Of a stretch of DNA of 64,000 nucleotides, positions 1-11,999 are shown piece by piece. Below the pieces are notes generated by a model, which had not been told where the DNA came from, ran no database searches, and saw nothing but the letters and a program-made list of their open reading frames with translations. The stretch lies in assembly GCF_018350175.1 (NCBI RefSeq), contig NC_058368.1, forward strand, positions 3,348,001 through 3,412,000, read 5' to 3'. Source of the stretch: Felis catus (lineage: Eukaryota). Position numbers and translations under genes: made by a program. The first letter of the stretch is position 1, and each line of letters starts with the position of its first letter.

Positions 1-65
1 TCTCCCTTTCTCTGCCCCTCCCTTGCTTGTGAGCCTGCACTCTCTCTCTCTTATAAATAAATAAG

Positions 66-100
<35 letters not shown>

Positions 101-122
101 ATATTTAAAAAATAAAATAAAA
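1..122 (+). mobile_element. Can-SINE 3' end with (AAAT)n tail, cut by window edge
   Basis: tctccctttctctgcccctccc...(CT)n followed by (taaa)n tail. Confidence 0.9.
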
Positions 123-504
123 TATCAACATAAGTCAATATTTCAAAAAATGATATTTAGGGTAAGTGACATTTTAACAGTCATTGTTTTGTCTTTGATC
201 CAAATAATCTGTGTTTTCTTTGTTTTCCCTTTTGCCTATAATCCTTCCACATGGTTCAGTCCTCCAATCGTGAAAGTGCATGGGTGCGCGGGTGTCTCTG
301 ATGGGTGTAAGTGATGGACAGGAAAGGCCCAGGGGGTCGGTGGGGGAGAGGAGACGGCTGCTTTACCATGATACAATAACACACTATGGGTCTATGCTTT
401 CTTGAAACTATTCCAATTAAGGTTTCATACTCACCCACCATACTCTGGAATCACCAAATCTTCCCCCAAATGTTCCTGTGGCCCATCCAGTAATTGATAG
501 GAAT

Positions 505-1565
505 CCTCACTAGTCACCTTCTCAGAAATATTTGACCAAGTTGATCACATTTCCCTTTAAAAATGTGATGACTCAGTTTATAGGACACCTTACTTTCCTG
601 GTGACTTTTTTGCAGTCACCTTTGCTACTCAAGATTCAGACCTATTATTTTGTCCCATCATATTTATTTTGCAGGTGATCTCATGCAATCTTATGCTTTC
701 AATATCAACCATTCACTGATGCATCTCAGATTCTTATGTCTAGCTTTAGCCTTGAGCCTGAGACTCACTCTTAAATATACAACTTTCTACTGAACATCTT
801 CGCTTAGATGTTTTGAATTTAATACATCCAATACTGATTCTTGATTTTCCTCCTTAATCTGCTCCTCCAATTTTTTTGTGTTTTAGTAAATAACAGTTTA
901 TGCAGTTGTTTGAACACGTAGCAATCACTTTTTGTTCACTCTTTCATCAATATTTCATCCCCAAAGCACATCTACCTAACTGATAAGAAGATGCTGACAA
1001 TGTCAAACTGATAATTGTCTTAGCTCAGGCTGTCACAACAAAGTGCCAAAGACTTGGTGTCCGAAACAATAGAAGCTAACTTTCTCATAGTTCTGGAGGC
1101 TGGATTCGAGGAGCTGGCAACATAGGTTCATCCTGCAGTCTTTTTTCTTGGGCTGTAGGTATCTGCCATCTTGCTATATGCCCACGTGACACACATCTTT
1201 CTTTCTGCATAGATGAGAAAAAGAGCAAGCTCTCTGGTATTTCTTTGTATAAACACTTAACCTAATGACAACCCCACTCTCATGACCTCTCCTAAACTTA
1301 ATTACCTCCCAAAGGCCCTACTTCCAAATATCATCACATTGGAGATCGTCATCATATGAATTTGTGGGGACACAAACATTAATCCAATATAGTCACATAT
1401 GAGTCTCACGACCACCATTGAGTTTCAGTGCCTCCTTTGCGACACCCTAGATCAAACATCATCATCTCTCTCCCGAGTGCAGTGACACCCTAATTGGATT
1501 CTCATATGTCCCTGTTGCTACTTTACAGACTACTTTCCATAAAGCGTCCAGAGAAATCTTTTAAA
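505..1565 (+). mobile_element. LINE-2 relic interrupted by an MLT1 LTR
   Basis: ctcagaaatatttgaccaagttgatcac... and ...tttccataaagcgtccagagaaatcttttaaa resemble the recalled L2 3' region; boundaries approximate. Confidence 0.65.
1016..1393 (-). mobile_element. MaLR MLT1-type solo LTR
   Basis: tgtcttagctcaggctg...ttctcatagttctggaggctgga...acctcccaaaggccc...tgaatttgtggggacacaaacatt is typical antisense MLT1. Confidence 0.85.
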
Positions 1566-3180
1566 TTAATTGTACGTTTTAATAGGCGATTCTGGTACAG
1601 GGTAGCCTCCAGAACATTTGGTTTTGTCAATAGCCATGTTTTTTCTCTCATCACGAGGACCACAAATTAGAGAGTCTGAGAGCTTAGAGGCACACGTCTG
1701 TTTGTCATTCGGAGGTGCAATGAGGCCTTCTTTGAACTGTTCTTAAAAGTCTAGGTCATCCTATTCCAACTCCCTGTGAGGTGCTAAAGCTGTATAATAA
1801 AACGTTGATCTGCTCTGCTGGGGGAAAAAAACAATGGATAATATTGCTGGCCATATCTTACCACAAAACAGAGTCATTAAACTTGCAGCTTAGTAAAATT
1901 CATGGAAAATTTAAGTCTTAAAAAGCAGCAATACTAAAAGCTAAACAAACAAGAAATATTGAGGTATAAATGTCACAAAATATGATCAAGATCTGTACCC
2001 TTGAAAACTAAAAATACCAATGAAAGAATTTGCAGAATATGTAAACAAATATAGAAATGTACTGTATATATCCAACAGTCCCTCCTTATTTGTCCCCAAA
2101 AACCACAGACCTAGGCAACATTTCACATAAATGGAACCATGCTGTATGTGGTCTCTTGTGACCAATTTCTTTCATTTAGCATAATGTTTTCAAGGTTCGT
2201 CCATATAGCATGTACCATGTACCAATATTTCATTCCTCTTTCTTGGCAAATAATATTCCATTATATGAAAATACCTTGTTTATTTACCACTTGATATATA
2301 TTGGGGTTGTTTCCACATTTTTGGCTATTATAAGTCCTAGTATAAGCATTCATGTTTGTGTAGATATATGTTTATATTTCCATATCTTGATTATAGCCTG
2401 GATGGGTGTATAGTGGCATATCGTTGTGGTTTTGGTATGCATTTCCCGAATGACTAATAATGGTGAGCTTCTTCTTAAGTGCTTATTGCCCATTTGCACA
2501 TGTTTGGAGAAATATTTATTTAAGTCTTTGGGTTATTGTGAAATGCTTCATTTTTCGGTAGTTGGTAGAGTTCTTTATGCATTGTAGATATAAGTCTTTC
2601 AGCATACATGACTTGCAAATATTTTTCATTCTCGGTGTTTTCTTTTCACTCTCTCGATAGGATTCTTTGAAACACAAAAGTTCTAAATTTTGATAAAAGA
2701 CAATTTTTCTATTTCTTTTTTGTTGCTTGTATTTCTGGTATTATATCAAAGAAAACTTTGCCTAACTCAATGTCACAAAGATTGATCCTATCTTTTCTTG
2801 TAGGAGTTTCATAGTTTTAGCTTTGCATTCAGATATATGACCTATTTTGAGTTAATTTTTGTGTATGGTGTGAACTTGGGATTCAACTTCATTCTTTTGC
2901 AGGTGGATGTTCAGTTGGCCCAGGCCAATTGTTGGAAAGATTGTTCTTTCCCTCCTTGAATCTTCTTGGAACCATTGTCCCAAGTCAACCAAGCATAAAT
3001 GTAAGTTAAGGTTTATTTGTTGACTCTCAATTCTATTCCATAGATCCATATTTCTAGCTTTACACCAGTAACATACTCTCTTGAAAACTGTTGCTTTGTC
3101 ATAAGTTTTGAAATCAGAAAGCGTGAAACCTTCATTTTTGTTCTTTCTTAGTTTGTTTTGGCTATTCTGGGTTCTTTCCC

Positions 3181-3400
3181 TTTTTACAAAATTTTATTTG
3201 AGAGAGAGAGAGAGAGAGAGTTAGTGAAAGTGGGGTAGAGGGGCAGAGGAAGAGAGAAGGAGAAGGTTCCATGCTCAGTTCAGAGCTAGACCCAGGGCTT
3301 GATCCCACAAGCCGTTATCCATTATTCCATTATCTGGGATAATGGCCTGAGCCAAAATCAAGAGTCTGAAGCTCAACCAACTAGGCCACCCAAGCGCCCC
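3181..3400 (-). mobile_element. Can-SINE (older subfamily)
   Basis: (GA)n plus ctcaaccaactaggccacccaagcgcccc head. Confidence 0.9.
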
Positions 3401-4418
3401 AGCTTCCTTCCTTTTCTATATGAAATCTAGGTTCAGCTTGTCAGATTCTGCAAAAATCCTGGCTGGTATTTTGTTAAGAATTGTGATGAATCTGTATATC
3501 AATTTAGAGAACATTGCCATCTGAGCAATAGTAAGTCTTTTGATCTATGAAAATGGGCTATCTTTCCATTTATTTAGGTTTTCTTTAATTTTTCAGCAAT
3601 ACTTTGCAGCTTTCAGAGGATAAATTTTTCACTCCTTTGGATAATTTTATCTTAAAATAAATTTCATAAACAAAATACCTAAGAAAAAGAAATAAAGTAT
3701 TTTATACCATTAATGCTATTATAAATAGAATTGTTTTCTTATTTTAATTTTCAGATCTTTTATTGTTAGTTTAGAGAAATACAATTGATCTTTGTATTCC
3801 AATATTGTACCCTGTAATGTTACTAATTTGTTTATTAGTTCTATGATTTTTGTGAATTCCTTGGGATTTTCTATATACAAGATCATGTCAACTATGGAGT
3901 AGAGATAGTTTTACTTCTTCCATTCTAATTGGGATGACTTATTTTCTTTGTCTTTTTGTCCGGCTAGAATCTTTTGTAGGAGCTGGAATAGAAGTGGTGA
4001 GAACAGACATCATTGTATTGTTTCCTATCTTACGGGGAAGCATTGAGTCTTTCACAAACAGATGTTTGCTGTGGGCTTTTCATAGATGCCCACAGGTTAA
4101 ATTTGAATTTATCAGATTAAATTCATGTTTATTGAGATGATAGTGTTTTTGTTATTATCCTATTGACAAGATAGATTAATTTATTTTCAGATATAAAAAC
4201 ACCTTGCATTCTTGGGATTAATGTCACTTTGTCATGGTGTGTAATACTTTTTATATGTTAGTAGATTAAATTTGTTTGTATTTTGCTGAGAATTTTTTGC
4301 ATCTATATTAATAAGAGATATTGTCTACAGTTCTTTTGTTTAATGTCTTTGCCTGATTTAGATATCAGGAGAATATTGACCTCATAGAATGAGGTAGGAA
4401 GGGTTTCAATTCTTTATT

Positions 4419-4629
4419 ATTATTATTTTTTATTTTTTTAATGTTTATTTATTTTTGAGAGAGAGAAAGAGCATGAGCAGGGGAGGGACAAAGAGTGAGC
4501 CATAGATTCTGAAGCAGGCTCTGGGCTCTGAGCTGTCAGCACAGAGCCCGACGCAGGGCTCAAACCCACGACCTGTGAGATCATGACCTGAAGTCGGACG
4601 CTCAACCGACTGAGCCACCAAGGCGCCCC
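4419..4629 (-). mobile_element. Can-SINE (SINEC_Fc-like)
   Basis: Full head, body and tail; TSD tcaattctttatt at 4406-4418 and 4630-4642. Confidence 0.95.
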
Positions 4630-4982
4630 TCAATTCTTTATTTTTTGAGCCTCTGTAAAGAATTGGTATTAATTCTTCTTTAAAAGTTTCATAGAATTCA
4701 CCAGTGAAACCATTTAATACTGGGCTTTTCTTTGTGTGAAGTCTTTTGACTGTTAATTCAATTCTTGTTACACTTGCTTAGTTGTTATACTTCCCTTGTT
4801 ATTCAGGGTTTTTATTTCTTCTTGAGTCAGTTTTTATAATGTGTTTCTTGTAGGAATCTTTCCATTTCATCTAATTTATCCAATTTGTTTGCCTACCATT
4901 GTTCATAGTATTTTTTATCATCATGTTTCTCTAATGTCTGTATTGATGTCTCCTATTTCATTCCTGATTTTAGTAGTTTGAA

Positions 4983-5013
<31 letters not shown>

Positions 5014-5961
5014 GGTCAATCTAGCTGGAGGTTTGTCAATTTTGTCAATCTTCGTGAAGAACCAACTTCTGGTTTCTATTAATTTTCTATCTTGAATTTC
5101 ATTTATTGATGCTTTAACCATTATCATTGCCTTCCTCCTTCTTTCCTAGGATGTTTTTTGGTATTTTTCTAGTATCTTAAGAGAGAAATTTAGGTTATTG
5201 ATTTGAGATGTTTCACATATATACACGTAAGCATTTACAACTATAAATTCCCTTCTGAACTCTGCTTTAGCTGCATCCCAATGTTTGGCATGTTGTGTCT
5301 TTATTTTCATGTATCTCAAAGTATTTTCCAACTTCCCTTGTTTTTTTTTCTTTGATTCATTTATTATTTAGGAATATGCTATTTAATTTTTATATGTTTG
5401 TGAATTTTCCAAATTTCTTTCTGTTATAAATTTCTAATGTTATTCTATTGTGGTCAGAGAACATATTTTGTATGATTTCAATCCTTGTAAACTTAATGAG
5501 TTGTTTTATGGTCTACTATATAGTCAATCCTGTAATTCTATGTGCACTTGAGAACAGTGTGTATTGTGCTGTTGGGTGCAGTGTTCTATAGATTTCTGTT
5601 AAGTTTGGTTTATAGATAGTGTTGTGCACGTGTTCTATTTCCATGTTGATCTGCTTAGTTTTTCTATCCATTATTCAAGCCTCCAACTATTATATGACAT
5701 TATCAGTTTTTCTCTTTACTCAGACTTTTTCATATATTTTGAGGATTTGGTATTAGGTGAATATAACATTATAATTGTTATCTTTTCCTTATAGATTTTT
5801 AGCTTTCATCACTATAAAATGTACCTTTTCGTCCCTTCTATCCATTTATTTTCAACCTATTTGTCTTCTAATGTAAAGTGTATACAGCACAAGTTAGATC
5901 TTATATTTTCTAAACTCTGACCATCTTTGCCTTTTCATTCAATTTTTCATTCATTCGCATT

Positions 5962-5978
5962 AATTTTTTAAATGTTTA

Positions 5979-6021
<43 letters not shown>

Positions 6022-6185
6022 AGGAGAGGAGCAGAGAGAGAGGGAGACACAGAATCCAAAGCAGGCTCCAGGCCCCAAGCTGTCAGCACAGAGCCAGATG
6101 CGGGGCTTGAACTCACAAACCAGGAAGGAGATCATGACCTGAGCTGAAGTCAGATGCTTAGCCTATTGAGCCACCCAGGTGCCCC
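5962..6185 (-). mobile_element. Can-SINE with expanded (GA)n
   Basis: Head ...agccacccaggtgcccc; imperfect TSD attcattc(g/a)catt. Confidence 0.95.
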
Positions 6186-9100
6186 TCAATTCATTCACAT
6201 TTAATGTTATTGATATAGTTGCATTTACTTTTCACATCTTACTTTTCATTTGCTATGTGTGTCATGTTTTTTTATTCCTATTTTTTCCTTTCCCACTTTC
6301 TTTTACATTAATGAATATTTTCTAGGGTAACATACTAATTCCTTTAATTATTTTTCAATCTGCATTTTTTTGGTTATTTCATGAGTAGTTGTTCCATGGC
6401 TTACAATATACTTCCTAATTAATTAATATTAAATTCAGGCTTCCACTAATTTAATTCCAGTATGTTATAGAAACATTACTTCTCTGTACTTCTATTAACT
6501 CATCCTATTTTCTGTGCTATCATTTATTCATAACATCTGTGTACGTTAAAGGCCCAAATACGCATTGGTATAATTATTAACTTGAATAATTGTATTCCCT
6601 TCAGGGAAAGAGAGCAAGCATATGTGTATAGAGTCTGTTGTATTAACCTTGTTATTTTCCATTTGTTCCTGTAATTTCACTACACCGTGTTGTGTCGTTC
6701 CCTTTAACACAGCTTTCCTCCCACCCATCTGTTTTGTACTGTTATTGTCAAGATGTTACATATCTGTATTTTACACGTCCAATTCCATACATATTACTTG
6801 ACATTACTGCTTTTGAAATAAGTTAATAGAAGAAGAGAGAAACAGATAATTATATGGTTTTTAGAATTACCTTAGTGATTACCATTGGCTGAACTCTTTG
6901 CTTTTCATGTAGATTTGAATTATCCTATGGGGCCTCTTGCTTTCAGCTTAAAGAGCTTGCTTGATAAAGTGATATGCTTCCAATAAATTCTTTGAATTTT
7001 TGTTTCTGGAGAGAGAGCACTGTCAGGTTTCCAGGTACCACTGCCAGACAGGCTTAGATAAATAACCCCAGATCCACTGAGGTTACCAAAGGAAGCATAA
7101 CCATTAAGGACGATGCACCCCCGCATACGAAAGGCAGAAAAACAACCCAGAAGAAAGATAGGTAAAACAGAGAGGGGAAGGTAATCTACAAACTAAAATC
7201 TGAGAAATGGTAAACGTTGGGCAAACAGGTGAATGTCGATGTAAATGTAATATGTGTGTGCTGATGGGACGGGGTGTTTGCTGAGGTCATTTATATCCAG
7301 CAGAATGAGTCTGGAAGAATCAGTGGGACATAGGCTACCAGACAGTATTTGTAAAGGTGAACAGGAGTCTGCATCCTAAAACCAGCCCAGTAGGAACAGC
7401 AAAGTCAGCAATATGATGTCATTTGTAAATCCCTTCAAATCATTTTCCTGGTCAATGCGACACTATTTTTGTCACTTTGTTGTTTTACGTAAAGGAATGA
7501 CAGATATTTGAGCTTAATCATCTAGCTACTGAGAGGTCTATAAACACATGAGGTGTTGCTTTAGGCTTTTTATCTTCACCTACCAGGTATTTACGCCAAT
7601 CTAAGCAGTCTTCTGAGCGGATGAATCTAACCCATCAGACACGGGTATGTCAGAGGGCAGGGAGGGAAAGAGGCGCGCGAGAGATGGCAGTTAAGGACAA
7701 CTTCAAAGTTGTTGGCATAAACAAAGGAGTGGCTGAATGTGACAATTACTGGAATTGGGACCCTGGAGAGGACAAGGAAAATCATATCGGGAGAAGAAAA
7801 ATCTGTCCAGAGTCCATTCAGACTGTTTTGAGAATTTACTGAAATAAATAATAACGCAAAGGGGCCTGATCCAAATATTGATGGTGATGATTGATTGCTA
7901 CCTTGCAGCCATGGGCTTCCCCCTGTACAAATATTTTGAAACCACTTCTATTATGTTCAACTTCATATTAAACACTGCCAAAATGTTTCTAGCTGTCTAG
8001 CCTATGTTTTGGCCCTAAATATAAATGTGAATGCTAATTCTTTTATACTCCTTGGCATCTCAGTCTTCAGTATTTTCTCATTTCACTGGGATAAACATAG
8101 CCGAGTGTTTTCTTCCAAAATACATCTACAGCACATCCAAGGGTTTTCCTATCGACATATTCCCAGAACACTGAGCAAAAACTAAAAGACGGAGTATAAA
8201 CAAAAGCATCTCTATTTATAAAAATTGAACTTGAGATTGAACAGAGGAAGAATGAGTCAACACCACTCGCCATCAACAGATGTTAGAGGTCACCGGGGGT
8301 TGTTGTTGTTGTTGTTTGGTAAGCTCTGTCAGTTGTTGTTTTTAACTTTAGTGAGCATGAGATTCACCTGGTGGGCTTCCTACATGAAGATTTCCTAGGA
8401 CACCCAGAAAATCCGATTCAATAACTGAATAAATCCCAGGGAACTGCCTTGTTAGCAATAATCAGAAAATAATGGTGAGATGATGTTGCCCGTGGATCAC
8501 ACGGGGAGAAACCGTCCATCATTTTGGTCGTTCATATTTGGCATGCTTTCTTTCCCTCTTTCTGCCTACTTTTGAAGATGACAACTGTCGGTAAGATTAA
8601 GCACACCGCGATGCCTAATGCCACAGCTGTGCAAGGGTACTCGCCTTCGCTGCATGTCTGTAGATGCCAGACTCCTCCTGCTGTTGTCACTGGTCCCACG
8701 GAACACTCTAGAGCTGCCTTGAGGCTAACACAGCTGCCTCACAGAGAAAGGAACTGAGAAATGTTTCTAATTAGACAAATCTGATGACCAGTTATTTTCA
8801 AAACATTTCAGAAGCTGTTTACCAGAGGACATGTACAGATTTAAATTTGACTTGATGATCTGTGTTCAGGGGAGTGTATGTCAAAGCCACATATTACATA
8901 ATTGCTTGAGATTTCCTGCTGTGTCATTCAGCTATGTCTTCCTTGTAGAAGGCTTTTCTGGAGAAAAAATATTGTCACGACCTCAATTTCCCTTTGTCTT
9001 ACTCCTTATTGGTGGAGTGCTCTAAAGGTTATAGGTATCGGAATTACAAAATTGGGATTGTGTGAGAAGAAACACATTAGCCTTGGGAGATTGCAAGCAT

Positions 9101-9570
9101 TGGACGTGTCCTAAGATTTGAAGACGTATCTGAGCTGTTATGTTGGAACTCTCCAACCCACCGGAAGTAGGAGTAGATAGTAACTTCTGGAAAATGGAAA
9201 GTAATTTTAAAAACCATCAACTTATGATCAAATGGGCTTTACAAACCGTCTTTCAGAGTTTAACTTCCTTTTTATTGAATGTCAATGCTTCCTGAAAATT
9301 GATATGTGTTGCAGCTTTCTTGGGTGACACGGGACACAGCTAATTAGAGTTCTGAGGGGAGATGGTCATGACTCTGACACTTAAAGAGATGATACTCACC
9401 ATCTTTTCTTCGGTGGAAATGGGAGGAGGAATTCCTAGAGCTAGGAGGGAACATTCACAATCATTTCGAGAATATTGGGAAAGTAGCTAATAATTCTTTT
9501 TCTTTTTTTTTTCAGTTTTATTAAGCTACAATTGACAAATGAGATTGTAAGATATTTAAAGTGTACGATG

Positions 9571-10129
9571 TCTTCTTTGTCCATTCATCTACCAATGGAC
9601 ACGTATTTACATATATCAGTCAGCCATAAAAAAGAATGAGATCTTGCCATTTGTGACAAGGATGGACCCAGAGGGTATTATGCTAAATGAAAGAAGTCAG
9701 ACAGAGAAATTCCATACGATTTCACTTACATGTGGAATCTAAAAAAAAAAACAAAAACAAATGAACAAACAAACACAGAATCAGAATCATAAATAGAGAG
9801 AACAAATACCAGAGGGGAGGGGGTTGGGAGGATGGGCAAAATAAGTGAAGGAGTTTAAGAATTCCAGTTATAAAATAACTTCCAGTTATGAATGAGTCAT
9901 GGGAATAAAAAGTACAGCATGGGAAATGCAGTAAATGATGTCGTAATAATATTGTATGGTGACAGATGGCAATTAATTACTTATCCTGGGGAGCATAGCT
10001 TAGTGTATAGAATTGTTGAATCCCTCTGATTCTAATCACTGTGCTCTAATCACTCTGAAACTAATATAACATTGCATGTGAATTAGATACTTCAATAAAA
10101 TAAAAGAATAGATAATAAAAATTTAAAAA
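9571..10129 (+). mobile_element. 5'-truncated, 5'-inverted carnivore L1 3' end nested in an older antisense L1 3' end
   Basis: Sense 3' end cagccataaaaaagaatgagatcttgccatttg...aataaaataaaa, preceded by a short antisense piece (ccattcatctaccaatggacac); degenerate TSD taaagt(g/a)ta. Confidence 0.8.
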
Positions 10130-10439
10130 TAAAGTATATAACACGACAACTTGATGTTATGTATACGTTGTGTGCACATACATACGCATTCCTTTCAGAG
10201 AAAGGTTTTTAAGCGTCAAGGGTTTGTCTTGTTTGTTATTATTTTGGTACTCTGGTGTGTAGTTGATATTCAATAAATAATGAGTGAATTAAATTTCCTA
10301 ATTATTAGATTATTTTGATTGCCCTTCTCTATGAAAATATTTCTATGTGTTCATCATTTATCTTATATTTGAGCTTACTCCGAGTGCTGCAACATATCAT
10401 GTTTTTAATCAATGTTTTTTTTTTTTAAACATACATTCT

Positions 10440-11095
10440 AGTCCTTCTTGAGCTCCCTTTCTAGCTGGGACTAGGATAGAATCTAGATGGAGAGAAAAGC
10501 AATACATAAGATAAGCAGCGAATTTCATGTTATGGTAGAAAGTGGTCAATAGTATGGATGAGGAAAAGAATACAGGGGGATCCAGTGATCCCTGTGATTT
10601 CCCAGTGATCCCAGTGATTTCCTTAGCCAAAAGCACCAGGCTAAGGAAAAATGAGGAAGCAAAGACTTGAGGGAAATGAAGGAATTAGCCATGAGCCATG
10701 TGAGGGAAGGACATTCAAGGAAGAGGGATTTGCTGATGTAAAAGCTCCAATGTAGCAGGGTACCTGGTGTTTCAGGAGGAGTGAGGAGGCCAGTGCAGCT
10801 GAGCAGGGTGGAGTGGGGGAATAGTAGGATTCTGGGGGGTATCATCGAGGGTCCTGTAGAATTGGCGTGTGTGTTCTCCCCCTCAAATCCCTGAGAACTC
10901 TACGTTTCTGTGCTTCACTCCGGCTGCTCTGCCAAGAATAGACTGTAAAAGCAGACTGACCAGTTGTGAAGTTACTGCCATATTCCAGGTGAGATGTGAT
11001 GGGGACTGTCCCGTAGGTAGGCGTAGAGGCACCGGCATGAAATGGTCAGGATCTGTGCTTCTGGCCATGACGGTTAAGGTTTGATCAGCCTAATC
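10440..11095 (-). mobile_element. LINE-2 relic (L2a-like)
   Basis: gaaggaattagccatg...aggaagaggga...gaggaggccagtgcagctg...ccaggtgagatgtgatgg is typical antisense L2. Confidence 0.8.
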
Positions 11096-11650
11096 GTAGT
11101 GGGACACTATCAAAAGATGATAAAATTGGAACCACAGCCACAATCTTCCGAAGGCCCCAGGGAACAGCCAAGGTACCTACAACTTGAGTGATCAAGAAGC
11201 TTAGAGCAGGAAAATGGCATTGAGGTGAGTCTACCGGGGCTCACCGCTTCTCTCATCCAGGTACCTGTCAATATATAAGGATGAGAGTCTGAGAGGATAA
11301 GGTGAGAGCAGTGAGGACATTTCAGAACTGCAGAAATTCCACAGATACGGGGAGACGAAGGTTGAAATCTAGAGGTACCAACGCGGCCCGGATTTGAGAA
11401 GGGTAAAGCCAGACAAAAAGGTAATCGCAGAAAGCCAAGTCTGTTATTTTTCATGGAAGCATTTGCTGATTCTTCAGTTAGATGGGGGTGAGGGGAGATG
11501 GCAGGTGAGAAGCCAAGGAGTCAAGCAGAACTAAGGTGACAATTCCATGCAAATCAAAGCATGTAATTCAGCATTTGGCTGAGAATGCAAACACCAAAGT
11601 TCAGGACAAGATAAAGAGGAGGGGTCATGTAACACTGCGGGCTTTCAGAT

Positions 11651-11953
11651 TGTTAGGGAAAAATCTGTTATATAATGGCCAACAGGACTGACAAGGGAAT
11701 TTCAGTCCCTGCCTGAAGACTTCCCTTCTGGGTTCTTGTTCCCACCTTGCTTGCCTCAGGTGCCAAATTATTACTAATGATGAATGAGGAAGTAACAGAC
11801 TATAAATTGTCCCTTCTGTTGATGCTCTGGGCTCAGACCTCTGGAGAATGACCTCCTCTGATCCCACCCATGTAAAATAAACCTCCTGCCTTCCAAGATC
11901 TCCGAGTGCTACTTGGTTCTTCTCCCGGGTGATCCAGACCAGTTTCCATAACA
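11651..11953 (+). mobile_element. ERV solo LTR (class I/ERV1-like)
   Basis: TGTTA...TAACA termini, 11-bp terminal IR with 1 mismatch, perfect 4-bp TSD AGAT (11647-11650 and 11954-11957), TATAAA near 11800, AATAAA near 11876. Confidence 0.9.
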
Positions 11954-11999
11954 AGATGAGATCCATGAAAGACTGTTTTCTAGGAGAAAGGCAAAATTA

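Larger units (their letters stand above)
2075..6990 (-). mobile_element. Old LINE-1 (L1M), ORF2/3' region, antisense, fragmented, with three SINE insertions
   Basis: Minus ORFs with ORF2 motifs: WNRIES (2852-3049), ETRSWFFTKIDKIDKPPARLTKKK (4921-5127), HWDAAKAEFRREFIVVNAY (5146-5331). Confidence 0.9.

Noticed and set aside
7071..7160. 90-nt open exon-like segment (STEVTKGSITIKDDAPPHTKGRKTTQKKD)
   Set aside because: Acceptor lacks a pyrimidine tract and the donor is weak
10582..10621. 20-bp tandem duplication; similar ones near 12690, 16330 and 46335
   Set aside because: Ordinary slippage duplications, mostly inside old repeats
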